DNA of 64,000 nt. It comes from an uncultured Mycoplasmatota bacterium. Its GTDB lineage: Bacteria; Bacillota_I; Bacilli_A; RF39; UBA660. The translations under genes were made by a program, and so were the position numbers. The DNA lies in contig CAMIXH010000002.1 in the NCBI GenBank assembly GCA_946402735.1, positions 310,080 to 374,079 of the forward strand, in the 5' to 3' direction. Under the pieces are notes generated by a model. That model was not told the origin of the DNA. It ran no database searches and saw only the letters and a program-made list of their open reading frames with translations. This document shows positions 9,672-18,963 of this stretch, piece after piece (positions within the stretch are counted from its first letter, which is position 1; every line of letters starts with the position of its first letter).

Positions 9672-12003
9672 CATCACCCCCAAACAATTTCTTTTCTTCA
9701 AGATTTACTATATCTTCATTCTTCATATAACAAATATCTTTATATTTACAGTACATGCATCCTTTATTAATATTCTTAATAGCTTTAGGATTAATATCAA
9801 ATTCACCATTTAATATCTTAGTACTTGCTTCTTTTACTTTATCATCTACTATTTTACAAATAATATCCATTTCATCATCACTAAGTACTTTACTATTAGA
9901 ATAGAAAGTACCATCATTCTTAATCTTCATTCCTCTTATCACATTAGAATCTCTAAATGATGAATCAACTTTTTCTAAAACGTCCATATCACTATTAGAA
10001 TATCCTTGTAACTTTAATGCATTTATTTTATCTTCTAATGTTTTTTCTTTACCAAGTATCTTTTGTAAATATAGTCCACCTATTCTAACATTATTTACAA
10101 TATTAGAATTCTTTATTAGATACATATAAACAGGTAACTGCATATCCATTCCATATACAACATTATTTAAACTAAGAGGTGGATTGCCAGTTTTATAATC
10201 TATGATAGCTACGATAGTCTCACCGTCAAATTCACCGTACATAATCTTGTCAACAAAGCCCTTAAATATAATATTTAGATCTTTATTTACCGTTATTTTT
10301 ATCTCTTTTTCATACATAAATTTATCAAGTTGTGTGTATTTTAATTGATTTTTAATAGTTTCTACTATTAATTGTAAATCACTTTTCAATTTATCTAAAA
10401 AGAACTTATCAGTACTGTTAAATTCATACTTAGAATTGTTAATAGATTCTTGATATGATGACTCAAAGTCAAAATTATCATTAAAACAATTAGATAATAC
10501 ATTATGAAAAATATTACCAATAGTTATTTCAAATGAATCTTCAAATTTATTAATTCTTAAAACATAATCTAGATAATATTTAAAAGCGCAACTATAATAT
10601 TCATTAACACTTGAATAAGATAATGTTAAATACTTGTTTAAAAATTCATATAAACTATTTTTATCAATACCACTAAACTTATTATCATATGATAAATAAT
10701 CCATATCTTTATAATGGCTGTTTAATAATAATAATTCGTCACTAATACTTCCATATTTCTTATTTTCATCCTTTAGACTTACTAGTTTTAACATATTATA
10801 TAGATTTGAGTGCTCAAAACTAGGTTTAAACTCTTCTATATCAAATAAACTTTCATCATATGAAGAAGACATATATAGTGGACTACCACCATCATATTTA
10901 GGATATGTTATAACCAAATTCTTAATTCTTTTTATACCAGATAATAAATTCATTAAACTGTTCTTATTTAATTCATAAGACACACTTAAATTAAGTGATT
11001 CTTTAATCTTATCACTCAAATAATCCTCATCTTTATGATTAACTGGTATTACACCTTCAGTATAATTAATTAAAAATACATAATCATCTTCACTTAATAA
11101 ATCATCTATATCTACAATATTAACTGCATTCTTTAAAATAGTATTCTTTATTTTAATACTATTAATATCATTAAATATAAACTCTTTTTTATCTTCATAA
11201 TCATCTATAAAACTATAGCTATTTATAATGTTAATTATTTGTTTATATATATCATTATCTTCATTAGTCTTAACATATTTATTAACTTCTTCTAAACACT
11301 TATCTATTCCAAGATCATAATTATCTTTAAATACTTTAACTATCTTAGTACCTAGAATATGTTCATCACTTCTTAAATTAACTGGAATATTATACATTTT
11401 AAATATACTTTTAATAATATAATTATATTCACTAGTAACATTAGATAAATATATATTATTAATATCTACTCCATTTTTAACTAAAGAACATATTGAAGAA
11501 GCTACATACTCTATTTCTTCATTTCTGTTATTACATATTATTAATTTCTTTTTTTCACTTGTTTCTTCTATATTATATGTTGAAACATGTTTTAAATTGT
11601 CAAATATTCTATTATAGAATTTATCATAATACTTAAGATTAAATAATACTACATCACTATTAATTAAATAATTCTTAAATGATTCATTTTTTATTAATAA
11701 ATTATTAGACTCTAAGTCATTTTTAATATCTTTTAAAAGATTAATTTTTTCATTATCTACTTCATCTATATAATATAAGTTATTCAAATATATTTTAGCT
11801 ATACTAGGTATAACATTATAATGCTTACAAATATAATAAATAGCTTCTTTATCATAATCAAAAAAATACTTCTTCTTTAATTCAGACAAAGTAATAATCT
11901 TAATATTTAATAGTTTATTATTATCATTTATTAGTTTTAATAAACTATCTTTAATATTATCATTTATAATCAAAATTTTATTGTCAAAACAACTTATATC
12001 CAT
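9661..12003 (-). CDS. addB: Helicase/nuclease subunit B (AddB/RexB), short form
   Basis: It lies directly upstream of addA and overlaps it. The C-terminal RecB-type nuclease motif is AIIDYKTG, and Fe-S cluster cysteines occur at YYSCAFKYY...KGCMYCKYKDIC. Confidence 0.8.
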   Translation of the reverse strand: MDISCFDNKILIINDNIKDSLLKLINDNNKLLNIKIITLSELKKKYFFDYDKEAIYYICKHYNVIPSIAKIYLNNLYYIDEVDNEKINLLKDIKNDLESNNLLIKNESFKNYLINSDVVLFNLKYYDKFYNRIFDNLKHVSTYNIEETSEKKKLIICNNRNEEIEYVASSICSLVKNGVDINNIYLSNVTSEYNYIIKSIFKMYNIPVNLRSDEHILGTKIVKVFKDNYDLGIDKCLEEVNKYVKTNEDNDIYKQIINIINSYSFIDDYEDKKEFIFNDINSIKIKNTILKNAVNIVDIDDLLSEDDYVFLINYTEGVIPVNHKDEDYLSDKIKESLNLSVSYELNKNSLMNLLSGIKRIKNLVITYPKYDGGSPLYMSSSYDESLFDIEEFKPSFEHSNLYNMLKLVSLKDENKKYGSISDELLLLNSHYKDMDYLSYDNKFSGIDKNSLYEFLNKYLTLSYSSVNEYYSCAFKYYLDYVLRINKFEDSFEITIGNIFHNVLSNCFNDNFDFESSYQESINNSKYEFNSTDKFFLDKLKSDLQLIVETIKNQLKYTQLDKFMYEKEIKITVNKDLNIIFKGFVDKIMYGEFDGETIVAIIDYKTGNPPLSLNNVVYGMDMQLPVYMYLIKNSNIVNNVRIGGLYLQKILGKEKTLEDKINALKLQGYSNSDMDVLEKVDSSFRDSNVIRGMKIKNDGTFYSNSKVLSDDEMDIICKIVDDKVKEASTKILNGEFDINPKAIKNINKGCMYCKYKDICYMKNEDIVNLEEKKLFGGDDDE

Positions 12004-12019
12004 AAAAGTATTATATCAT

Positions 12020-12050
12020 AAAAAAATAATTACTTAAATTAAGTAATTAT
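12020..12050 (-). terminator. Rho-independent terminator after 12047..13477
   Basis: The stem is ATAATTACTT / AAGTAATTAT (10 bp), followed by a T-run on the - strand. Confidence 0.7.
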
Positions 12051-13477
12051 TTAGTTTGATCCATATCACTAAATGCTATTGCATCAGGTATATCTAGTTC
12101 TGGTGTAGTAGATGGTTTTTCTTCTTTAACTGGTGTGTAATTATCATTATTAACTATAAATGTTGAAGAACTATCTTCTACTACTTCAGGTGTCTCAACT
12201 ATTGGTTCTTCTGCTTTTACCTCTTCTACTTCTGGTGTTTCAACTAAATTATCCTCTATAGGTGGTTCAATAACAATTTCTTGTTCTTCTTCCTTAGCAG
12301 CCTCATCAACAAATTTACTTGGTTCATATGATTTAACAAAATCAGGTCTTCTATTAAAATCATATGTATTTGCTTTTACTTCAATAACATCATTTTCTAC
12401 TTCTTCTACTTCAGGTTCTGTAATCTCTGGTGCTTCAAATTCTAAAGATGGAAGACTTTGCATTTCCATATTATCAGTAGCCGTTTCTACTTCTGGTACT
12501 GCTTGTTCTGCAGGTGCTGCTGGTACTGGCTGTTCTACTACTTCTGGTGTTTCTTCAACTACTGGCGTTTCAGGAGCAACAATAGTATCATTTTTAGCAT
12601 CTACTACTACAGGTTCATTACTAGGAGCAGCTACCTCAGCAACTACTTCTCTAGCAGTAGGTTCAGCAGTTTGCTCTTGTGTTTGAGCTGGTGCTTCTTC
12701 TACTTTAGTAGCTTCACCTTCAATAACTTCATTTTTATTTAATTCACCTTCTATAGAAGGATCATATTCTTTATATATTAATGTTGCTTTAGTAGCTTTT
12801 TTCTTTTTAAGAACAATAATCATTACTATAATTAGTATTATTGCTACTAGAGCACCTACTCCAACAATAATTATATGAGTCATATTTATAACATCAAATG
12901 AATAATTAATCTTTGTAGTATCTTTAGTAGATAATTTCCATGTTAAATATTTCTTATCTGAACTAACGTCATTAGCATTATTACTACCTACTTTTGATGG
13001 AACAACTAAATTGTATTTTAATTCCGTTTCTTCAGTTTCTTCTTCTGTAGTACTTACATTATATTTTTGTAATTTACTACCAGTAAAAACTATATTAGCT
13101 GTGTATGTATCTTTAAAGAAACTACTAGTTTTATTAAATAACTTAGTAAAATCAAATGTAGGTTCTAAAATATCAGCAATATCAACAGTATCTTTATTAG
13201 CATTACATAATTCATCAATATTTTTGAATGTTCTAGTAATTTTGAATCCACTATAATCACCATTATTATAAGTAGTAATTTTAAATCCTCTTGATTCTAA
13301 ATCACCAGAAGTAACTGTTGCACTAAGAGTATTTTTATATTCATCTTTAGTAAGTAATTCTACTTCAAGATTCATACTTTTATCATTATTTATTTTAGTA
13401 GTTATATTACTGTTTACACAACCACTTAAAAAAACTATTGCTACTAGTATTAATAGAAACCTTCTTATTCTCTCCAT
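12047..13477 (-). CDS. LppM/DUF3153-like lipoprotein with a TM helix and a long Pro/Glu/Val-rich cytoplasmic tail
   Basis: The lipobox is FLSGC|V, with a mid-protein TM helix followed by KKKKATK. The tail is low complexity (PETPVVEETPEVVEQPVPAAPAEQ). The start is moved to ATG 13477, 7 nt after AGAGGTG. Confidence 0.5.
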   Translation of the reverse strand: MERIRRFLLILVAIVFLSGCVNSNITTKINNDKSMNLEVELLTKDEYKNTLSATVTSGDLESRGFKITTYNNGDYSGFKITRTFKNIDELCNANKDTVDIADILEPTFDFTKLFNKTSSFFKDTYTANIVFTGSKLQKYNVSTTEEETEETELKYNLVVPSKVGSNNANDVSSDKKYLTWKLSTKDTTKINYSFDVINMTHIIIVGVGALVAIILIIVMIIVLKKKKATKATLIYKEYDPSIEGELNKNEVIEGEATKVEEAPAQTQEQTAEPTAREVVAEVAAPSNEPVVVDAKNDTIVAPETPVVEETPEVVEQPVPAAPAEQAVPEVETATDNMEMQSLPSLEFEAPEITEPEVEEVENDVIEVKANTYDFNRRPDFVKSYEPSKFVDEAAKEEEQEIVIEPPIEDNLVETPEVEEVKAEEPIVETPEVVEDSSSTFIVNNDNYTPVKEEKPSTTPELDIPDAIAFSDMDQTK

Positions 13478-13581
13478 AAACATACACCTCTATGTTAAGT
13501 TAATTATACCATAATCAAAATACAAAAAACAATTATAGATTTTTTAATATTATGCTTGTATAATTTAATTAGAGGGATAGT

Positions 13582-14238
13582 ATGATAAAAACAAAAAATC
13601 AAGGTTTGTTAATAGTAGTAAGTGGTCCATCTGGTAGTGGAAAATCAACACTTAATCAACTATTAATTAAGAAAAGAAAGAATATAGTTATGTCTATATC
13701 TGATACAACTAGAAAGATAAGAGGAGAAGAAGTAGACGGGGTTGATTATAACTTTATTTCTAAAGAACAATTCTTAGAAAACATTGATAATAATAAGTAT
13801 CTTGAATATGCTAATGTATATGCTGATACATATTATGGAACACCTGAAGATTTTGTTAATAAACAACTTAGTAATGGCAATGATGTAATATTAGAAATTG
13901 ATATTGAAGGTGCTAGAAAAGTAAATGAAAAAAGAAAAGATGCAATATTCATATTTATAATGCCACCATCAATGCAAATATTAAAAAATAGACTAGTTGC
14001 TAGAAAGACAGAAACAAAAGAACAAGTTATAGAAAGATTTGAAACTGCATATAAAGAAATAAATGAAGTATCTAAATATAACTATGTAGTTGTAAATGAT
14101 GATCTAGATGAAGCACTAGCTAAAATGGATGCTATTATTACTTGTGAAAAATGTAGAGTTGATAGAATAGAAGAATTTGATGTAGGTAATAAAGAAGAAA
14201 TAATGCATGAAATTTTAATGGATTTTGATAAAAAATAA
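13582..14238 (+). CDS. gmk: Guanylate kinase
   Basis: The P-loop is GPSGSGKST and the guanylate kinase signature is TTRKIRGEEVDGVDYNF. Confidence 0.9.
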   Translation: MIKTKNQGLLIVVSGPSGSGKSTLNQLLIKKRKNIVMSISDTTRKIRGEEVDGVDYNFISKEQFLENIDNNKYLEYANVYADTYYGTPEDFVNKQLSNGNDVILEIDIEGARKVNEKRKDAIFIFIMPPSMQILKNRLVARKTETKEQVIERFETAYKEINEVSKYNYVVVNDDLDEALAKMDAIITCEKCRVDRIEEFDVGNKEEIMHEILMDFDKK

Positions 14239-14262
14239 AAAGTGACATCAAGTCACTTTTTT
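14237..14262. terminator. Bidirectional terminator between convergent gmk and ppaC
   Basis: AAAAAGTGAC-atcaa-GTCACTTTTT is flanked by A- and T-runs. Confidence 0.75.
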
Positions 14263-14263
14263 A

Positions 14264-15874
14264 TTATCCTATTATTTCCATTATTTTAGGAAGTATTTGA
14301 GCTTTTCTAGATAATATACCATCTAGTTTAACACCCTCAACTACTTCTTTTTTATTAAATGCATTTCTTATAATATCTTCAGCATCACTATTATATAAAC
14401 AATAAGATTCATTATCAAATACATCAGTAGCAAATAAAGTTAATATTTTAAATCCATCTTTTTTAGCTATTGTATTTAAATATTCAACTATTTCATCAGT
14501 TCTATTTTTAATTTGTTTAAAATCCATTATTAATAATTGACCAATACCAATTAATTTATCATCTATTTTATATGTTTTAAAGTCTTTATTAAGCATTTCT
14601 TCAACAGTTAAATTAGAAACATTCATTCCCTTCTTTAACATCTTCATACCATAATCTTTATAATTAATACCTGCTATTATTGATAAACGCTCTAAAGCTA
14701 TTTTATCTTTTTCAGTAGTAGTTGGACTAGTTAATAATAATGTATCAGATATAATAGCAGAAGCAAGAAGTCCTGCTATATTAGGTGGTACTTCTACTAA
14801 GTTTTCATTATACATTTCATATATCATAGTACTAGTACTACCACAATTAGTGCTTCTAAAGTTAATTGGTCTTCTTGTTACTATATCACCAATATTATGA
14901 TGATCTAATATTTCTATTATTTCAGCTTCATCTATTCCTTCAACACTTTGAGAGAAGTTATTGTGATCAACTAACATAACTTGTTTTCTATTAACATTAT
15001 TAGTATCAGTTAAACTAAGAACACCTAAACATTCATGCTTACTATTTATAATTGGATAATTAGTATGTCTATACTGTTTACTTCTATCAAAGAAACTAGT
15101 TAAATAATCAACTTCATTAAATGTAATTGTTTCTTTTTCACTTCTAACAAAATTTCTAACATAATTAGCAAGAGTTATTAAACTACCTACATCATAAATA
15201 CCATAATTTGTTTTAATAACATTTATTTTATTTTGACGAGCTTTATTTAATAAATCATTAGTTAGTTTAGTATTATCTACTAATATAATTAGTTTTACTT
15301 TTGAATCAATTGCATATTCAATAGTATCTTTCTTATCACCAATTACTAATATAGTCTCATTATTAATTTTTGATTTATTGATAGATTCATGTGTATATAA
15401 AGTGCCACATATTTCTTTATCAAATTTAAGTATATTTTCACCTTTTAAAATATCAAGAATATTACCATAAGAACTATCTATTCTATATGAATTACCATTA
15501 ATAACTTCTGATGCTATTTCTTTAAGAGAAATATATCCATAATAATTATTCTTTCCTTCAACAACAGGTATACCAGTTAATGAATATTTATTCATATAAT
15601 CAAAAGCATATTTAATAGTTGCATTCTTACCAATAAAATTATTTTTATGATAATTAACATCTCTTATTTGTAACTTAACATCATTTAAATGATATGGAAC
15701 TTTAAATCCAAAGTAATCAAGAACAAACTTAGTTTCAGCATTAACATTTCCTAAAACGCATGGAATAGTATTAAATCCAAGTTTATTCTTCAAATAAGAT
15801 AGACCTATAGCAGCACATACTGCATCAGTATCAGGATTCTTATGTCCAAATATAAATACCCTCTTTTTATTCAT
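14264..15874 (-). CDS. ppaC: CBS-domain family II (DHH) inorganic pyrophosphatase
   Basis: DHH motifs are present (GHKNPDTDAVCAA and LDHHNIGD). A CBS/DRTGG insert lies between the DHH and DHHA2 parts. The 536-aa size is typical of CBS-PPases. Confidence 0.8.
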   Translation of the reverse strand: MNKKRVFIFGHKNPDTDAVCAAIGLSYLKNKLGFNTIPCVLGNVNAETKFVLDYFGFKVPYHLNDVKLQIRDVNYHKNNFIGKNATIKYAFDYMNKYSLTGIPVVEGKNNYYGYISLKEIASEVINGNSYRIDSSYGNILDILKGENILKFDKEICGTLYTHESINKSKINNETILVIGDKKDTIEYAIDSKVKLIILVDNTKLTNDLLNKARQNKINVIKTNYGIYDVGSLITLANYVRNFVRSEKETITFNEVDYLTSFFDRSKQYRHTNYPIINSKHECLGVLSLTDTNNVNRKQVMLVDHNNFSQSVEGIDEAEIIEILDHHNIGDIVTRRPINFRSTNCGSTSTMIYEMYNENLVEVPPNIAGLLASAIISDTLLLTSPTTTEKDKIALERLSIIAGINYKDYGMKMLKKGMNVSNLTVEEMLNKDFKTYKIDDKLIGIGQLLIMDFKQIKNRTDEIVEYLNTIAKKDGFKILTLFATDVFDNESYCLYNSDAEDIIRNAFNKKEVVEGVKLDGILSRKAQILPKIMEIIG

Positions 15875-15879
15875 CCTTT

Positions 15880-18051
15880 CTATCTCCTTTTTATTTCTGA
15901 ATCACTTTGTTCTTGTATTCTTCTTTTTATTATTCCTCTTTCATATTCATATGATGCTTTAATTACTTCATATAATTTAATTAATTCTGAGCTGAATTTT
16001 TCATCTAAATTCATATTATCATCATATGATTTAATTATTTCTGAATCAATTATATTATTTTGTTTTATATTTATACCTATTTTATTATAATTCATTGTAC
16101 TATCATTATCAACATTTGTATTATTTGTTGTTTTTTCATACATATATTCTAATGTGATAAATGCTGTTTGTCTTTCAGGGAATAATTCTTTTTGTAAAAA
16201 GAATAAATATGTTCTAGCTATATCACTTTTACCAGAATTATTTAATTCATTTATTCTACGAATCATAACTCTATAGTACATTCGATCATAATCTGGATCC
16301 ATATCCATTATATAACCTTCTAAGTTTTCCATTTCATAAGAAACAAACTGACTAAGAGTCATATTACCTTGTTTCTCTTTTTCTTTTAATTGGGCTTCAT
16401 CTAAACTTTGAGGTTTTACTTCAACAATCATTTTATTCAAATGTGGTTTTAGTTTTTTGTATAATTCCTCATCACTTAATTTTGGTTTACCTACACCTTT
16501 TTTTCCTAAATCAGTTTGAATTTCTTCTGAAGTTTTTTTTGTTTTTGGATCTTTTGATTCCTCAATTGATTCTTTAGTATCTTCTTTAAGTAAGTTTTCC
16601 TCTTGATGAATATCTGTAGTATATACTCCCCCACCATCAGTGGAAATTACATGTTTAATACCATTCTTCTTATAAAAACTAATTGGTACATCATTTAATG
16701 AATCAATATTTCCTAAAGCATAATTTGATGATACATTAATTTCTACAGTAACATCCAAATCTTTTAATAAATCTACTAATTCTGGATTTTGTAAAATATT
16801 TACTCCATGACCAACTCTAATTCTAGGAGGTGGTATTTTTCCCCAATCTTGTTTAAATAAACTTTGGCATGATTTATTCAATTCATCTTGTATTTCTTGT
16901 ATAGTTTTTAAAGATTCAAATAAATTATTTTTTGCATCTTTAAATTCTGAAGCATGCAATCTAAGTAAACTATTTGGATACATATGAAGAACAGGAATTA
17001 TACAAGTTAAACTATTCTTGAAATTTGCTAGTTCGTCGCCAGTTAATTCTTTTTCAAGACCCATTACATCAGCGCCAATAACTTTACTACTACCTAGTAA
17101 TTCTTCTAAATCTCTAGCTGCTCTTCTAAATGACTTAATATCTTTATCTCTTCTAATACTTAGTAATAAATTAAAACTATTGTCTTTTGAATGCTTCTTA
17201 CTCATATATTTAAGTCTATTAGCAGTAGAAAAACTAATTTCTGAATATTCTATTTTTTCATCCTTTAATTTTGCTAATGAAGCTACTAACAAATCATCAT
17301 ATAGAATGTCTCTAACCATACAATCTCTTTTAGTTTTATCAGGTTCTCTTTCAAATTCAGATATTCTATCTTTTAATATATACTTAGCATTTTGTTTTTC
17401 TGCTATTTCTAATAAACGACGTCTATTATTATTTACTACATTAGTTAAATCACTAAACTCTGATTGTTTACTAACATCTAATCTTAATGCATTAGTAACT
17501 TTTCTATATATATCATTATTAGCTTTTATATCACTATATGTTAACCATGTAACATTACTACTTTCAAAATCAAGTTCACCAGTACTAGTATTTATTGGAT
17601 AAGTAACATGATATTGTTCTAAAAATAATAAGAATTCATCAGGATTTAATATTTCAATTAAATGAGTATGTAATTCAGTATGATGTTGTTGTACACTATT
17701 CCATCCTCTAGGAAGAGAATCTAATTCTTTTTTAATTTTATTAAATTCACTAAAGAATGTATGTGCATCTGTATCTCCTTCATTAATTAAACGATCTATT
17801 CTATAAGCAAGAGCACATAATATTCTTATTTCAGTAGTAGTAACATTATTTTCAAGTGTTATTTGTCCTTGTGCTATTTTGATAAATCTTTTTAATCCTA
17901 AAAGGCCATAAGTAACATCTCCAACTTTATATATTTCTACTTTATCATTTAGAATTTCTAATCCTTTTTCAAACTCAAAAGAGACTCTACCATCTTGAAT
18001 GATACAATCTACATATAAGCCTTGTTTATTTAGGATTATTCTTTGTCTCAT
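15880..18051 (-). CDS. Large adenosine/AMP-deaminase-fold (amidohydrolase) protein with additional N- and C-terminal domains
   Basis: The ordered metal and catalytic motifs of the adenosine deaminase family are present: ELH127-T-H129, GADVMGLE(326-333), LH366ASE369, VGH415G, VSSN, STD472GGG. The H415-D472 spacing of 57 aa matches classical ADA. The stop lies 5 nt before the ppaC start, and the ppaC SD sits inside this gene's 3' end. Confidence 0.6.
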   Translation of the reverse strand: MRQRIILNKQGLYVDCIIQDGRVSFEFEKGLEILNDKVEIYKVGDVTYGLLGLKRFIKIAQGQITLENNVTTTEIRILCALAYRIDRLINEGDTDAHTFFSEFNKIKKELDSLPRGWNSVQQHHTELHTHLIEILNPDEFLLFLEQYHVTYPINTSTGELDFESSNVTWLTYSDIKANNDIYRKVTNALRLDVSKQSEFSDLTNVVNNNRRRLLEIAEKQNAKYILKDRISEFEREPDKTKRDCMVRDILYDDLLVASLAKLKDEKIEYSEISFSTANRLKYMSKKHSKDNSFNLLLSIRRDKDIKSFRRAARDLEELLGSSKVIGADVMGLEKELTGDELANFKNSLTCIIPVLHMYPNSLLRLHASEFKDAKNNLFESLKTIQEIQDELNKSCQSLFKQDWGKIPPPRIRVGHGVNILQNPELVDLLKDLDVTVEINVSSNYALGNIDSLNDVPISFYKKNGIKHVISTDGGGVYTTDIHQEENLLKEDTKESIEESKDPKTKKTSEEIQTDLGKKGVGKPKLSDEELYKKLKPHLNKMIVEVKPQSLDEAQLKEKEKQGNMTLSQFVSYEMENLEGYIMDMDPDYDRMYYRVMIRRINELNNSGKSDIARTYLFFLQKELFPERQTAFITLEYMYEKTTNNTNVDNDSTMNYNKIGINIKQNNIIDSEIIKSYDDNMNLDEKFSSELIKLYEVIKASYEYERGIIKRRIQEQSDSEIKRR

Positions 18052-18149
18052 TTATTTATTCTCCTATTATAAATTGTACTAAATTTATAAGAAAAAGTCC
18101 ACAATTGATATTTAAAATATAATAGTATATAATCATAATAGGTGATGAT

Positions 18150-18893
18150 ATGAATAATATTAATTGTGAACATTGTGGTTCTTTAATTAACACAGACAAA
18201 GATATAAAGTGTCCTAACTGTGGAGCTCCATATAAAAATAATAAACAATATAAAGAATACTTAGCTTATCAAAAAAAGCAAAGAGAATTAAATTTAGAAA
18301 CTCAACAAATAGCTAATAATATTACTAAAGATGTTCATAATGCTAGTCAAAAAGCAATACCAGCAGTATTCATTATAGTAATAGCTATATTCCTAATATC
18401 ATTCGCATTCTTCTTTATAATATTTAGACAAGCATTCTCAAGTATGGATGATTACCAAGAAAAATATAATGACTATATTAATAACAAAGAACAAATAGAA
18501 ATGTTACAAAAAGATCATGAAAAAGTATATATATTCTTTAATGAATATGCGTATACAGATCAATTCGATATTAAAGTAGATAAAGTAATTGATTATACTG
18601 AAACTAAATATGAGAAGAATAAACATTATTATGGATTTCATATAGTATTTAATAACAAAACAAGAGATTGGAAAACATTGTCTGATATAAGATGTACATA
18701 TCTTATTGAAGGCGAAGAAAGAAGCGCAGGAAAAGAAATAGTATCAGCTAAAGAATTAGATTTCTTTGCTAAAGATATTCAGACATATGATGGATATTTA
18801 TATTATGATATCCCAGAAGAAGTAAAAGATGTAACTTTAGTATTTGGTGATATCAATATAACAATATTTGATTTCAAACATAAAATAAAATAA
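18150..18893 (+). CDS. Zinc-ribbon / TM / extracellular beta-sandwich (DUF4352-like) protein
   Basis: The N-terminus has CEHCGS...CPNCGA, followed by one TM helix. The C-terminal domain pattern resembles DUF4352. Confidence 0.4.
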   Translation: MNNINCEHCGSLINTDKDIKCPNCGAPYKNNKQYKEYLAYQKKQRELNLETQQIANNITKDVHNASQKAIPAVFIIVIAIFLISFAFFFIIFRQAFSSMDDYQEKYNDYINNKEQIEMLQKDHEKVYIFFNEYAYTDQFDIKVDKVIDYTETKYEKNKHYYGFHIVFNNKTRDWKTLSDIRCTYLIEGEERSAGKEIVSAKELDFFAKDIQTYDGYLYYDIPEEVKDVTLVFGDINITIFDFKHKIK

Positions 18894-18963
18894 GGATTGT
18901 AAACATACAATCCTTTTATTGTGACAAGTACTTTATATTGATATAATTATCATAGGTGATAAT

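Noticed and set aside
6570-12003. AddAB as part of a defence locus.
   Set aside because: It is a standard housekeeping double-strand-break repair pair (helicase-nuclease with an Fe-S AddB). There are no neighbouring restriction, Abi or other defence-type genes.
17018-17602. A 194-aa + strand ORF inside the deaminase-fold gene. Similar long + strand ORFs occur at 8148..8354, 12458..12742, 13011..13256, 15842..16090, 19060..19263 (which is - strand), 20288..20820, 21335..21583, 24963..25241, 26902..27132, 32527..33009, 36983..37204, 39995..40183, 40868..41740, 44143..44352, 52517..52732, 61348..61569 and 62433..63132.
   Set aside because: Every one lies antisense to, or out of frame within, a longer ORF that has recognisable motifs or a good SD. 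Their products are Ser/Leu/Phe/Ile-rich low-complexity strings with no start signals. I treated them as non-coding shadows.
15880-18051. A complete RADAR (RdrA plus RdrB) defence system.
   Set aside because: Only a deaminase-fold gene is present. No RdrA-like large ATPase is adjacent; the AAA+ genes in the window are housekeeping clpB and ftsH, both far away. I therefore report it only as an orphan RdrB-like or ADA-fold protein, not as RADAR.
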